64,000 nt of DNA from Pavona decussata (GCA_977016875.1 CDRNST010000414.1:62001-126000); one strand, 5' to 3'. Counted from the first letter of the stretch, positions 1 to 12,479 are shown. Program-made: numbers and translations. Notes: generated from the sequence alone by a model not told the origin.

Positions 1-429
1 GCATCAGTGGCAATAATAATGGTTTCTTGAATTACTGTACAATACTAGGGAAATCTATTATTTATTACTGTAGAAGAAATTATGTAAAACCAAATATACA
101 ATTATTTAAGGTGAAATTAAAGCAAAAATATCAAACTGAATTGTATTTAGCTCGGAAGAATGCTACTCTAGATAATTTTAATCAAAAGTGGTTATTCAAC
201 CCTCTGGCGCTTAAATTTTGAAGGAGTACTCGTTGCGAAGTATCCGTTGCATAATGTTATGTACAGTTTCTTTTGAATTTTAGCGTTATCAATTGTGCTT
301 AGTCTTTTGTTTTGTGTTTGGGTGTGTGTGTGTATGTGTGTATGTGTTGCATGTGTCTGGCAATGCCTGTAATTAATCTTTTTTTCAAAATGCTATGTAA
401 CGGTTTAAATAAATAAACAAGAAAAAAAA
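1..429 (+). mobile_element. 3' end of an L1/Tx1-clade LINE (ORF2 C-terminus, 3'UTR, A-rich tail)
   Basis: Frame reads FLNYCTILGKSIIYYCRRN..PNIQLFKVKLKQKYQTELYLARKN..FNQKW* (stop at 221), typical of an L1/Tx1 ORF2 C-terminus. It is followed by a (GT)n 3'UTR, AATAAA and an A-rich tail at about 408-429. Confidence 0.75.
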
Positions 430-1339
430 TCTTCGTGCTGTGTGGATCTCAAGGGATGACAAATTTTAACTTCAAGAAAGCAGAAAACTGGAATATACGG
501 CAATTTAATCGACAACTTCAGTTTCTTCAGTTACCGTTTGCTTACATCGAGTGACTGATCTAACGTTCAAAACGTTAGTTTTGTGCGGCGATGCTATCGA
601 TCGAGCGAAAGGCGTAGAGCCGAAACTGCTTTCACTACCGCCATGTTAATTGAAAAAGCAATACTGTGGGCCTTCTAATGTCCATTGATAGCTATAAAAA
701 CGTATCTTTTGCTTTATGATTGTCGATCATGAGCTTGAAATCCTGGCACTGAAATATTCAGATTTTCCCAACCACAAGAATCTAACTCTGGTGGCAATTT
801 ACAATCTCGGCGGCTGTAATAAATGCTGTTTGTTTAGTGCTGTTAACTGCTGTAGTGTATGTACAATGAAAACAAATTTAGCATAAAGGCGTGCACCTCT
901 AGGGGAGTAGAAGCTTTTCACACGCTATCACGTATATTTATAGCCGGATATAGTGACAAGTTATTGGCAGCTTATCGGCGTTAAGTCCACAGTTTAAGGT
1001 AATATGCCGGCTCAGTGGGTCAGTATCCGCTGAAATCCGCCGTCGCTTTGGTGTGACTTACATATATAGCTTTGGCTGAGCAAGGGTTGATGGACCCTTC
1101 TTTTCAAAATTTCGCAACCGCTACTGAAGTTTCAAGCCCGCATACCACAACGACAACAAACTTTGTAAGGATCATTTCAATCGATAAAAGTTTGACAATA
1201 ACACGATGAAAGTAAATGAAAACCCAAGTTAACTACGGCTTTTCGATAAAGAAAGGTTAACATTAAATCGAGGCCTATTTCCGTAAATTACCGTTTTAAT
1301 AAGATTTGGATTGAAAGGAAATGTAATGTAATTTATTTT

Positions 1340-1490
1340 TAAGCCTGTTTAACAAATGAGAATGGTGCATTATTTAGTAGTGACACAGGCAAACTCGGAA
1401 AAAGAAGTCTGAGTGCTCCTATCAGGAGTCAAACCTAAGACCTTCCGATTACTAGTTCGGATGCTCTACCAGTGAGCTACAGGAGACTAC
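1340..1490 (-). mobile_element. tRNA-derived SINE
   Basis: Reverse strand reads gtctcctgTAGCTCACTGGTAGAGcatccgaactagtaatcggaaggtcttaGGTTTGACTCCt (A and B boxes), then a body also seen at 7330-7445 and 41530-41650. Confidence 0.75.
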
Positions 1491-1554
1491 AGGGTGAAGG
1501 CTGTTAACATTTCAATCCTAGCGAGGTGAAATCTGAACTTGAATGTGATTTGTA

Positions 1555-2048
1555 TAGGTAATCACATGATTTCGAGTGCAATTTGGAATAAATAAGCAGG
1601 AGTAAAATTTTTAAAGGCTAACAAATAATAAAGGACTCGTAAAGTCCTTCGCGTCTTTTTTACGCACTGTTGCGTGAAATCCTCGAGAATTTTGTTGAGT
1701 GCCTCCGGTTCATAGTTTTCAATTTTTTGGTCGTAGCCCTTTTGTGCTGTCCAAGGCCTTCAAATTTTTAGCCTGTTATTTTTGCTTTGTCGAGTTTCTT
1801 TGCATTAATTTTTACTCTAAACTTCGAATAAAAATGCTAAATGCTGCTACTCTCCTCAAACCTGTTCGCTAATTTGTTTCGAGACAGCCGATTTGCAAAT
1901 TTGTATAAATGTCAATCATTTTAATTTCACCTTTGTTGCACTAATTTCAATTTTCTGCACTCAGTTTCACATTTCTGCACTACATTTAGGATAAATTAAG
2001 ACGCTCTCCACCAATCACATTGCAGAAATTTTTGTATGTATATTATTA
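1555..2048 (-). mobile_element. Non-autonomous Crypton-like (tyrosine recombinase/DUF3504-type) relic
   Basis: Minus strand at about 1655-1760 encodes a degenerate AWTAQKGYDQKIENYEPEALNKILEDF..TVRKKD, resembling the N-terminal region of Crypton/KCTD1-type proteins. Confidence 0.6.
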
Positions 2049-2465
2049 CAGCCAGATAAAATCGGATCTTGCCAAGATGAAATCTGATCTGGACGATGTT
2101 TGTAATAATGCCATATCTTCTAGGCCTTAAATTTCCCATATCACGAAAGTTCGAGGTGGAAATTCTCTTCAGAAAATTGTAGGGGATGAAGGGCTTTCCG
2201 AACACAATTTACCGAAACGATCTGTTGGGTGCCCCTTATGATTACAAAACGATGTGACTGTCCCAACTTTAAGCTTAAATGAAAATTACAGTTGCATAGC
2301 CATATGTCCTGATAGTTCAAACATGTAACTTTGCTTAATCAGGGAGCAAAAAGTACGAGAACATTCTTCTACTGTCCACTGTCTTGCAAGAATTAATTCA
2401 CGTCTGAAGACAAGTAACAGATAAAAATAACAACACCAGCGGCAACAAAAGCCTAGTTGTATATT

Positions 2466-3004
2466 TACGCGTGATACCCTGAGGGCAGCACGTGTCTTAA
2501 AATGGGCTCGATATATTCGTCGTCGTATTTTGTTTTTTTCATGGTAGCCTAAAATCTGCATCTTCCAATTATTAACTCGTTACGCGTGATGCCCTGAGGG
2601 CAGCATTGTGGCGACGATCTTGTTTACATGTTTTAGACTCCACTAGGCCGTTCTCAAAAAAGAAAATTGAACCTGTCAAAGCGGTAAATGGAAAGAATAA
2701 CTTCTAAGAAGCACTCGACAATTAAAACGGTGGAAATTGGAGAGTTCCTGGCGAAAGAATCATGCTTTGTTTGACAGTTTTAGAACCACGAAAGGAGACT
2801 GATAAGCCCACGTTTTCGTAATGGAATTGCCAAACGTTCCGGTATAACCTTAAGTAGTGTAACACAAGGGAAACAACATAATATGATCTTCATGACTCAA
2901 ACTATTCCATTAGCAAGGATAGTTTTATCAATCCGTGAAAAATTCAATTGGAATAAATGAATCATTCACAGCATCACGCGTAACTGCCAGTATAGGCATC
3001 TTGT
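2466..3004 (+). mobile_element. Helentron/DINE-1-like non-autonomous element
   Basis: Absent from the duplicated copy at about 5285. It has a 5' subTIR TACGCGTGA (repeated at 2581), a 3' subTIR GCATCACGCGTA and a short stem-loop TGCC-agtata-GGCA. It sits in a T-run with no TSD. Confidence 0.6.
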
Positions 3005-3440
3005 TTTTAATTGAATTGATCAGAGTTAGAAAGGGTGAATAGCTGCATTTGCACGTGGACCAGGAAGTCTTACAATGATTTTCACGTGTTAATATTCACA
3101 GCTATAGAAACCAAGGTTGCCAGCTCATGCTGTGGTTTCCCGTTTACAACCGTCATAAATATTGTTTTGTTTTTCTTGAATCCGGTAAAATAATCCGCAG
3201 ATTGAATCTTTCAGGCAAGGAGTTCAAAAGATTATTGTAGTTCATTTTCGCTGGTAAAAATCGTACGGTTAATGATTGTTGAGAAAATAAATGACAATAT
3301 TAGAAACGTTTTAGTTGTGCGTGTCCGCTAAAGATAGGTATCTCTTTCTACTAAAAATAAACACGACTATATTAAGATAGTGTGTCCTGTAGACATGTGT
3401 AACGGTTGCATTTGTACGTGAAACAGGAAGTCTAACATAA

Positions 3441-3681
3441 GGGAGATTTAGAATTATGTTTACACCAAAATGCAAACGGCAGAAATGACCACGTGACCAT
3501 GTTTATCCTCTATTTGTCGTTCGCTGTTTCTAGTTTTACGGTAAAATTAAGAAGTTTTGGGTTTGCACACAAAGAACGAAATTATTTTAAACTATTCGTA
3601 TCCATGCTCCTATTTTTTCAAGAAAACACAAAAGTGAATCTTACGTTCGCCGTTTGCTGTAAACGTGATTCTAGATGTTTC
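3441..3681. mobile_element. PIF/Harbinger-like MITE
   Basis: Imperfect TIRs (gggagatttagaattatgtttac / gtaaacgtgattctagatgtttc) flanked by TAA on both sides. Paralogous copies at about 3070 and 5700 lack the insert. Confidence 0.7.
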
Positions 3682-4573
3682 TAATGATTTTCACGTGTTC
3701 GTATTCACATTCTTTGGTCACGTTTACAATCGACATAAACATATTTATGACGGTTATAAATGGAAAACCACAGCATGACCTAGCGACCTTAGTTTCTATA
3801 GCTGTGAAACCAAACACGTGAAAATCATTCAAATCATTCACGTGAAAATCAGTCACGTCAAAACATACTCTTTTATTGTTGGCATTGATCCTGAATTACT
3901 GTCGCCGCGGTCAGCGAAAGAAAATTTTATTATTTTTATCAATTTTGTTCAAGAAAATAATTCACACATCAAATCCTTCAGGCGTGAAATTCGACAGATT
4001 TCATGTTGTTTAATTTGGATGATTAAAATCCACGGTATGTGCCCGCTTTATACAAGATTTTTGAGGAAGGAATGACGATATTAGCAACGTTTTAGGTGGT
4101 CCTCTTCGGGTTATGGGAGGTACTCTGCTTAATATAGACTTGGTTACTTACAGTAACCAAGGAAACAAAAATTGAATACATTGCATACTTCTGCTTAATA
4201 GTAATTATAAGTAAAGAACACTTTATTGTTCTACACTGTTTTACGTTATAAATCTTCAAACGATCTTACTATATCTTGGCCGTTATATCTTGCCCGTCTT
4301 TGAAAAATTTAAGCACACAACAGGAAACGCTGCACTCCTTCAACCTTATGTTTTCTGGTCTAATGGGCATCAAGTTCAGTGCATGTAAAATTAATTATTT
4401 ATCGATATTTTGGCCAGGAGGCATGGGAAAATTATTGGCAAGATTTTTTATTTAACCTGCTGTACTGTTTGGGTACAAAACATTACTCTACGCAATCGTG
4501 TTGTGATCTTCCGGTGATCGCTAACAATCGTCTTTTCTTGTCACGTTGGTTGAAGCTGACTCAGACTTAACAG

Positions 4574-4778
4574 ATGGATATTAAACCGAATCCGGAGGAA
4601 ACCTTTGGTAAAATACAGAGGCTTTTCACAGGCAAACGTTACAAAGACAGCATCTTCTCCTGGGTGGTATGTATTTCATCAGCCGTTTGCAATGCTCTCA
4701 GCCTTGGTTTTGCGCTCAGCTTTGGAGTTCTGTTTCCCGAGTTGATGAAATATTTTGATGAAACAAGAGAAAGAACTG
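4574..4778 (+). CDS. SLC16-like exon 1
   Basis: ATG at 4574; MDIKP...DSIFSWVVC...FDETRERT; donor G|GTTAGT, phase 1. Confidence 0.85.
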
Positions 4779-7700
4779 GTTAGTAAGAATTTTTCCTTCT
4801 AACGACTTGTAAATTTTTTAAACATCCGTCTTTTTGCAATACCAGTATCTCGTGCATTATGGCAAGTCTGCGAAGAGCGACTTTTCCTTGAACATTTCGC
4901 TTCACTTCTTAAGTTTCTTTTAAATTTTTCCTAAAACGTCCATATCTAAGAGCCGTTTATACTTAGACACAGGCGGGTGTGTTTGTTTGTTTCTATTCTT
5001 AAGGATACTTTACATTACGCAGTGATTTGCAAGTACAAATCGACTTTCCAAACACACCTCCATTAATGTTGTTCATTGATCATTGGTGTTGTTCTTGTAC
5101 GAAATCAAAAAACCTTGATTTTCAATTTGGAAATAAGTCATAGCCATATGCCCTGATAGTTCAAACATGTGACTTTGCTTAATCAGGGAGCAAAAAGTAC
5201 GACAACATTCTTCTACTGTTCATTGTCTTGCCAGCATTAATTTACGTAAAGAACAACTCCAGCGGCAACAAAAGCCTAGTTGTATATTTTTTAATTGAAT
5301 CGGGTCAGTGTTAGCAAGTTAGTTGCAAAAGAAATATTGAGAAATATTTAATCAAGATAGTCATCCAATTTGTATCTAGTACAACACTTTTGAGAAAGAA
5401 TTTTATGTGTAAAATAGTGTGCATATTACCACAATAATAATCAATTAAGCAATTTGAAAAGTATGCACCGTTGTACGTGACAAGAAGTCAGATTATTTTT
5501 AGTTCTAAGCTTGTTGGTGATTCGCTAATTCGCTAACTATCTGTTTGTATTGTTCAAAGTAATAAACTGATCGTACGTACATGAATTACCGTAGATACAG
5601 CTTGCCTGAAAGTTTCTCGAAAAGTTAATTTCTACTGACAAACACAACTGTATTAAGGGCACCGCGTGAACAGTTGCATTTGCACGTGGGGCAGGAAGTC
5701 TGACAATGAGTTTCACGTGTTAGTATTCACAGCTACAGAAACCAAGGTTGCCAGTTTATGCCCTTTTGGTTCCCGTTTACAACTGTCATAAATATACGCT
5801 TTCCTTGTTGGCATTGATCGCGAATCAATGTCGTCAGCGAAATAATTTTGTTTTTTCTTGAATCCGGTAAAATATATTCACAGATCCAATCTTTCATGCA
5901 TGGAGCTCAAAATATTATTGTAGTCATTTTCGCTCAGGGTAATAATCGTACGGTTAATGATTGCTGAGAATATAAATGACGATATTACAAACGTTTTAGG
6001 TGTGTGCGTCGGCAATTTCAGTGAATTGGATCTAAGGAGAAAGTCAGTGGTCGCCGCTAAGGACGTCCGCGCTAATTGTTTATGCAGTGCGCAAGTAACG
6101 CACACGTCACGCAATGTCACGCGCAATTCATTGTTGACGATACACGGAGGAACACGAAGGTAAACACATATGTCGACTGATATGAGAGCATTAAAAGAGA
6201 GGAAAAGGGGGAAAATTCATCTCCGTTGCACAGTTTAGAAAACAAAAACTCGACGTGAAACGATTAGACGGGTTAAGGTTGCTACAAAGTGTCCAAGAAA
6301 AGGCGTTGATACCTGAGGATATTTCGCGCCAAGAGATTTATATATTTACTTCACTCTCGATATAACAAAATTATTGAAATGCAAAACTTTATGTGGTCTA
6401 TTCGTCATACGAAGTCACCTTAAAGCTTTTTTAAGTTTTGATAGTAAACGAGAAAGTCTTAACTTACAAGAGAGCAATTTTATTGATCATCAATCCCGTG
6501 TACAATATCAATCTCCACATATTACCCATTCTAGGTAAATAAATAAGCTTACTTCTCACATTTTCGCCTCGCTAACGACTATAGATGTATTTTCTTGGCA
6601 TTGGCTAAACAGCGGTATAGGTTTTGAAGGTATAATAACAATAAACTACTTAAACTTAAACTAAGGGATAGATAACCCTGGTTTGTCGCTAGTCTTCTCC
6701 GACCTGTCACGCAAAAACGTGACTTGGAAATTTGTCAACACAGCTACTACTTTGTCTACATTATAACTCTCTAAAATGTTCGGTGACCCCAACTTTTTTT
6801 TTTTTTTTTTTTTTACAATTGATCACTACTATCTTTATCTATTGTCTACGTTTTAGGGAAAAATGAAAACAAAATCTATGGTGCAGAAGTTTGATTATTT
6901 TCTATTTTTCTGTCCACGCGCCGACCTAGCGCATTTTCGAAACAAAAAAAGCGAGAACAAGAAAAACATTAGCCTAACACTTTTCATGTTTCAATCCATT
7001 CCGACCTACTCTGTCGTCTCTGGCCAGAGGCATTATTCGACAGTTTTATTGCACTGGGGTGATAATTTATAACAAACTTGACAATTATTTCTTTGTTTCT
7101 GCTGACAGACAAACATGTTTGGGTTTTTAAATGACATCAAATTCCCGTGATACTTCCCCTTTAAGTTAGGTAACTTAGGAATTTCCCTTACTACCTATAT
7201 CTCCATTGGCATTGATATTTATCTAAACAGCTCTCTTTTGTTAGGTACTAAAAACTTTGGAGAATCAAGTCCTTGCATTATGCCGGACGTTTTCCACGTG
7301 AACATATTTTAATGGCCGTAGCTCATATGAGTCTCCTATAGCTCGGTGGTAGCGCTTCCAAACTAGTAATCCATGGGTCATAAGTTCAACTCCTGCAGTT
7401 TCTGAATTATGCGTGTGTCACTGGCTGAATAGCACATCATTTTCAACATTTCCCAATGTCTTCATTTTCAGCTTTGGTCGGTTCAGCAACTTTGGGGATG
7501 CTATGGTTTGCAAGTCCGCTGGCTGGCTATCTCTGCGATCGCTTTGGTTGTCGAATTGCGACATTTTATGGAGGGGTGCTATGCATCACGGGCTTGCTGA
7601 CGTCGTCATTTCTTCAGAGCCTCACTCCGATGTACTTCACATACAGTTTGGTGCTTGGCTTGGGAGCTTGTTTTATATTCACTTCCTGCTTTCTCGTGAT

Positions 7701-9881
7701 TGGAAAATATTTTGAAGAAAAGTTGTCCATGGCTACTGGGATTGTATCATTGGGTGCAAGCTTGGGTGTTCTTTTCACAGGACCATTGCTTCAAGTACTT
7801 TTAGACTCGTTTGGATGGAGAGGCACTTTAAGGATAATGACAGCATCTTTCGCTTTGGTCTGCATCCTCAGTCTGGCTTTCAACCCGAACGTGGAAAACA
7901 AAGTTCAAGTTGACACAATAACAAACAATGAGAATGAAGAAAAGGAAAGAAAGGGAATCTCTTTGTACTGCAGCGTTTGGACATTTCCTACTTTTACTGC
8001 GATCGTGACTTCCTTAACATTAGCAAGTTTTGGAATTTTCATCATTTACATCAATTTGGTTAGTCGATAAATTATTTGAATGTAACCTAAATCTTATTTA
8101 GCTCTATGTAACAGGAAAGGGAACGAGAGAGTTAACTTACTTGCTACGAGCTAGAATAACGTCATCTCCAAAAGTAAAATGAAGCGTACCGCCCTATAGC
8201 AAATTAAAGCCATAATCGTAGTGCAGCCAAATTTATTCGACTCATTTAGCATATATATTTCTCAATACATTTCCTGAATGTATCTTTAAACATACCTATA
8301 ATTATGCTCAAGTAGTTCTTGATTGACGTAAACCTTACACCGACGGACAATCACTATAACCAATCAAAACAAACGACAACAGCATATTGAACGAATCAAA
8401 ACTTGAAGCAGGAATGCGAGCAAGTTGCAGTTTGTTTTCTTGTTGGTTGAAAAAGAGGCGTCATTGTTTTTTTCCATCACACATCATATCACAGTATGTG
8501 TAACACTAAGTTTAAGGCAACCATGATTACGTTACTTTCAAGATGACAATCTCTACTGATATGATTCTACTTTTCTTCCTTAGGTTAAGTTCTCTGAAGA
8601 TATTGGAATCACGCCACAAGAAGCCTCTCGCCTGTTTATTTTCATCGGCATTGCTTCATCGATGACACGGCTGGTATCAGGAAAGTTGTGTAACGAGAAA
8701 ACTGTGAATCCCGTTTACATTTATCAAGCATCTGTGCTGGTAGCGGGCCTTTGCGTGTTTCTGCTGCCATTTTCCACAAATTACTGGCATTTAATTGCCT
8801 TCAGTGTTACATATGGCCTGAGCGAAGGCGTTTATACAACAACGCATCATTATATTTTGCTTAAATGCGTCGATGTTAAGAGAAGAACAGCGTCTTTTAC
8901 CATCAACAATGTGTTTTATGCCGTGGCTGCAACGGCTGGTGGGCCTATTGCTGGTAGGTTATTGGTGTATACAAAACTTAGGCTAGGCTGTAGCCCAGGC
9001 CATGACCNNNNNNNNNNNNNNNNNNNNNNNNNNNNNNNNNNNNNNNNNNNNNNNNNNNNNNNNNNNNNNNNNNNNNNNNNNNNNNNNNNNNNNNNNNNNN
9101 NNNNNNNNNNNNNNNNNNNNNNNNNNNNNNNNNNNNTACCATAGGGTGGGCCATTAAGCTGGACCATGGCATGATCTGCATGGCCTAGCCCAGTTTTTTG
9201 ATACACCTGTTGGTTACTGTTCTGTATGGAGGCTCACAGCAATTTTTCTGGACTATAAAGGGTGGAAGTTTGGAATTTACAATCTCGCATTGAAGACAAA
9301 ATGCGATCTCGTTTATACTACATCATCATTTCAACATTCATCAAAATTAATTGTTCGTTTTTCTCTAAGCAACAACTATTACCATAGCAACGGTAGCACA
9401 TAGCCTCTCATTTAAAACGTTGTCGATTATCTCGAAATCTTTAGACAGGAACTTTATGGCGAAACTTTAAGCATTTAAACTACTCGAACAATTTTTACCG
9501 GGCTATTTTGTTTCCTTTTAACTATTGACAGTTTTGTCCAACACCAGCACTCTCAAATGAAACGGGATACCAACTAGAAAGCCGGCTAATACTATCGATA
9601 CCTAATTTGAGGAGGAGGGTCAACGACTACAATAACAGCAAATACAAAAAAAACATTACTTTTCAATTTCACTTATAGACATATTATCCTCGTCTTCTTT
9701 TACAGGTCTCATAGCCGATCAGACGGGAAACTATGTTTATTCGTTCTACATGACGGGAGGTGCGCTGTTGACAGCATTTTTAATTCCCATGGTATTAATA
9801 GTTATCAACAAGAAACAGTCAAAAGTTCATCCCCAGAATGTGGTAGAAGTAGTAACTGAGAGCATTACTGTTAAACCATAA
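4574..9881 (+). CDS. SLC16 / monocarboxylate transporter family MFS protein (MCT10-like), 4 exons, about 445 aa
   Basis: Exons 4574-4778, 7472-8058, 8584-8953 and 9706-9881 have GT-AG boundaries and consistent phases (1338 nt). Motifs: DSIFSWVVC (TM1), AGYLCDRFGCR (MFS motif A), YFEEKLSMATG, FGWRG, GGPIAGLIADQTGNY. Confidence 0.92.
7330..7445 (+). mobile_element. Degenerate tRNA-derived SINE abutting the exon 2 acceptor
   Basis: gtctcctaTAGCTCGGTGGTAGcgc...aaGTTCAACTCCt; same family as the copy at 1340-1490. Confidence 0.65.
7472..8058 (+). CDS. SLC16-like exon 2
   Basis: Acceptor ttttcag|CT; ALVGSATLG...IIYINL; donor |GTTAGT. Confidence 0.92.
8584..8953 (+). CDS. SLC16-like exon 3
   Basis: Acceptor ccttag|GTT; VKFSEDIG...GGPIA; donor G|GTAGGT. 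Confidence 0.92.
8964..9207. mobile_element. TIR element spanning the assembly gap (N run 9008-9136)
   Basis: Left end ggtgtatacaaaacttaggctaggc is the near reverse complement of the right end gcctagcccagttttttgatacacc. Confidence 0.6.
9706..9881 (+). CDS. SLC16-like exon 4 (terminal)
   Basis: Acceptor tttacag|GT; GLIADQTGNYVYSFYMTGG...TVKP*. Confidence 0.9.
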
Positions 9882-10670
9882 AAATATGCTTTTGTGCTGA
9901 ACGTAACGTTTCGACATTATTTTCTCAGTTTGCTCTTTATTTGGGTTAGTCAGTTCTATATTGTGGTTAAAACCATAATGAGTTGTGTGCACGATATTAT
10001 TGTGTATTTTTCACTTGTTAGGGGAATTCATATGAGAATTGTTATGTAAATCCTTGTCAGAAGCAGACTTAACTACCAAACGTCCTGGAGTTAACTTGTT
10101 TTCCATTCAAGTGTATTGGTAGGGATGTTTTGGTCTTGGGGTGATTAGCCAAAAACAGAACATGACATCATGCTATTATAATGTATTCCACAGTCCAAAA
10201 ATGAAAATCCATCGCATTTTATTTGTGAGATCAACACAATAGCCTATGAAGTCATTGGCGTTATTTTGTTATTTCATTCCTCCGCAAATTAATGACTGAG
10301 ATTCCCCCGCCACAAAAACGGCCCAAAACATCCCTTCTCGGTTCAAACGGATCAGCTTAAGAACGAAATAATTGTGATTTTAGTGAAGACTTCGCCGCTT
10401 TATATTCTCTTGATGTAGTTTCTAAGTATAATTGCGTAGATCAAAGGTTGTTTTGTCCTGGTTTTTTTTCCATAATAATAATAAATTGTTTGCTTCAGGC
10501 CGTTTCATATTTTCTGTTTTGACCTTCTGTTGACTTTTCGCTTTTGGTAATTCCCAGAAATAACATTTTTGATCGTTTTGGTTTAATTCCACCGTCGTTT
10601 TTTTACCAAATTTTCACCAGTCGATGTTTGTACTCTAGACTCTAGATTACTTTTCACCTCTAGAACTTAA

Positions 10671-11169
10671 CCCTATCTAGACAGGTCTTTTTTTTTTTTT
10701 GGTCTTCCGGGTCTAGGAGATACGTCCAAAGATGTCTCTTTTGACTACCGCAACATGAAGTGATGACGTCGTATAACGTTGTAATGACATCATAATTGTC
10801 AAATTGTGGCCATCTAAGATTTCTGGGTTTCTCCAAAACTTCAAAAAAGCGCCGAAATCAGGCGAAAAGTAATCAGAACCAACAAATGAATACTAATATG
10901 GGCTACAAAAAAAAGTTACAGAAATAAAAGCAACTTTTCTTCATTTTAAATAGGGATTTTCAATTATTAAAAAAAACGGCCTGTAAGAAGTTAGTTGCCA
11001 TAGCAACATCGAAGTCAATGAACTGTAGCGAATGACATCTACTTGTTTCCAGATAAATGTCCTAAAAAGTTCTAAAAAAAGCAGGCCGTTTGCTCAAATA
11101 TTAAAACAGTTATTCAGGTTTAAAGGCGACGCCTGCACAATCGCCCCCTCCTTCCCGGTCTAGATGAGG
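10671..11169. mobile_element. piggyBac-like MITE
   Basis: TTAA|ccctatctagac ... gtctagatgagg|TTAA. Confidence 0.65.
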
Positions 11170-12479
11170 TTAAATAAAATTTAAAGGTGATTTTAGTGTA
11201 AATACCTCTGTATTCTAAGTAATTAAGTCTCTATATCTTGTAAGCATGATAATTTACCATAATTTACGGATATAGGCGTGGCTTTACGTCCAGCCTTTCT
11301 TTATCCAAAAACGACTAGCTTTAGTTAACTTCATTTTTTTTTACTTTCGTCGTGTTATTGTCAGGTTTTAACAATAGAAATGTTCCTTACAATTTTTATA
11401 TTGCTGTCGTTGTATTATGCTGTCTTGACACTTCAGTAGTGGCTGTGGAATTTTGTGAAGAAGGGTTCATCAACCTTTGCTCATCCGAAGCTATACACGT
11501 AAATCATACCGAAGTGAAGGCCGATTTCAGCGGATACTGACCTACTGAGCAGCAAATTAGTGAGACATTTCAACAAAACACAGTTCAACAAATTTTCACT
11601 ATATCTATTACGTGACAGCGCGTTCAAAGCTTCCAGTGCCGTTGCTGCTGAGTGAAGTAATAAAATCAATTAAAGTGTGAAGTTTTCTGTCCCGGGAATT
11701 CCCAACGTGATCAATCCGTTCATCGTGATTTTTTCAAATAAGGTTTATAACAAGTATCCGGTTATTGGCGGTAGCATCACCAAAACTAGGAAATCAAATT
11801 ATGCTGCTCAGCTGACCCTACATAGTGTCGGCCGAGTCCCAGTCTACTGAGTCAAACGGGTTGATGGTTTATTCATCCCAAGGGCTAAATTAAGCAACAT
11901 TACAATCAAAGTTTTCAAATTAAAAAATTCACAAGTATAATAAAAGTATCAACAATAATCTAATTCGAAATAATATTAAAGAAAACATCACGCCTAACAA
12001 ATTTTAAGTAGCAACCGATCTTTAGACAAATCTGTAAAAAAATTCTAGAGTTTTTGACGGGTCATTGCGTAAACAAAGGAGTTATTTGCTTTGTTTGTTT
12101 TTACACAAGGTAAGGCAAAAGGGCGATGATTTCTGAGTTTGTACTTTGTTGTTTGATGGTGGTAGTAAGCTGTTCAGTTAATGATTGGGGTTCGAAACAA
12201 CATCGTCAAACAGTCTACTGCATAGCAGACTATGGTGCTTAGCTATAGGCGTTTTGCCCAAAAAACTGTAAGCACTGTTGTAGCTCAGGCTGGGCAAGAT
12301 GATCGAAAGCGCCCTTCTTTAGATGCGCACGAGCTCCTGCGGCAGCGCATTGTAGAAAACTGGCACAGCGTAGTCTACAGAACTGAGATCGAACACACGA
12401 TTTGTAGAACAGAACTAAACCTTAAGGAGGTGATTAAGCTCTTTTAGGCTGGACTAGAAAATAATTTTTTGCTAGCTTT

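Larger units (their letters stand above)
2296..6010 (+). repeat. Local duplication/triplication around SLC16 exon 1
   Basis: 2296-2465 is nearly identical to 5139-5290. 3037-3325 is similar to 5667-6010. A third, rearranged copy lies at 3403-4100. Confidence 0.85.

Noticed and set aside
1420-1490. tRNA-like sequences (also 7330-7395, 16960-17390, 58215-58250)
   Set aside because: They have A/B boxes but no proper cloverleaf, and they run into shared SINE bodies.
8916-9206. ORFs spanning the N run
   Set aside because: Artefacts of translating the gap.
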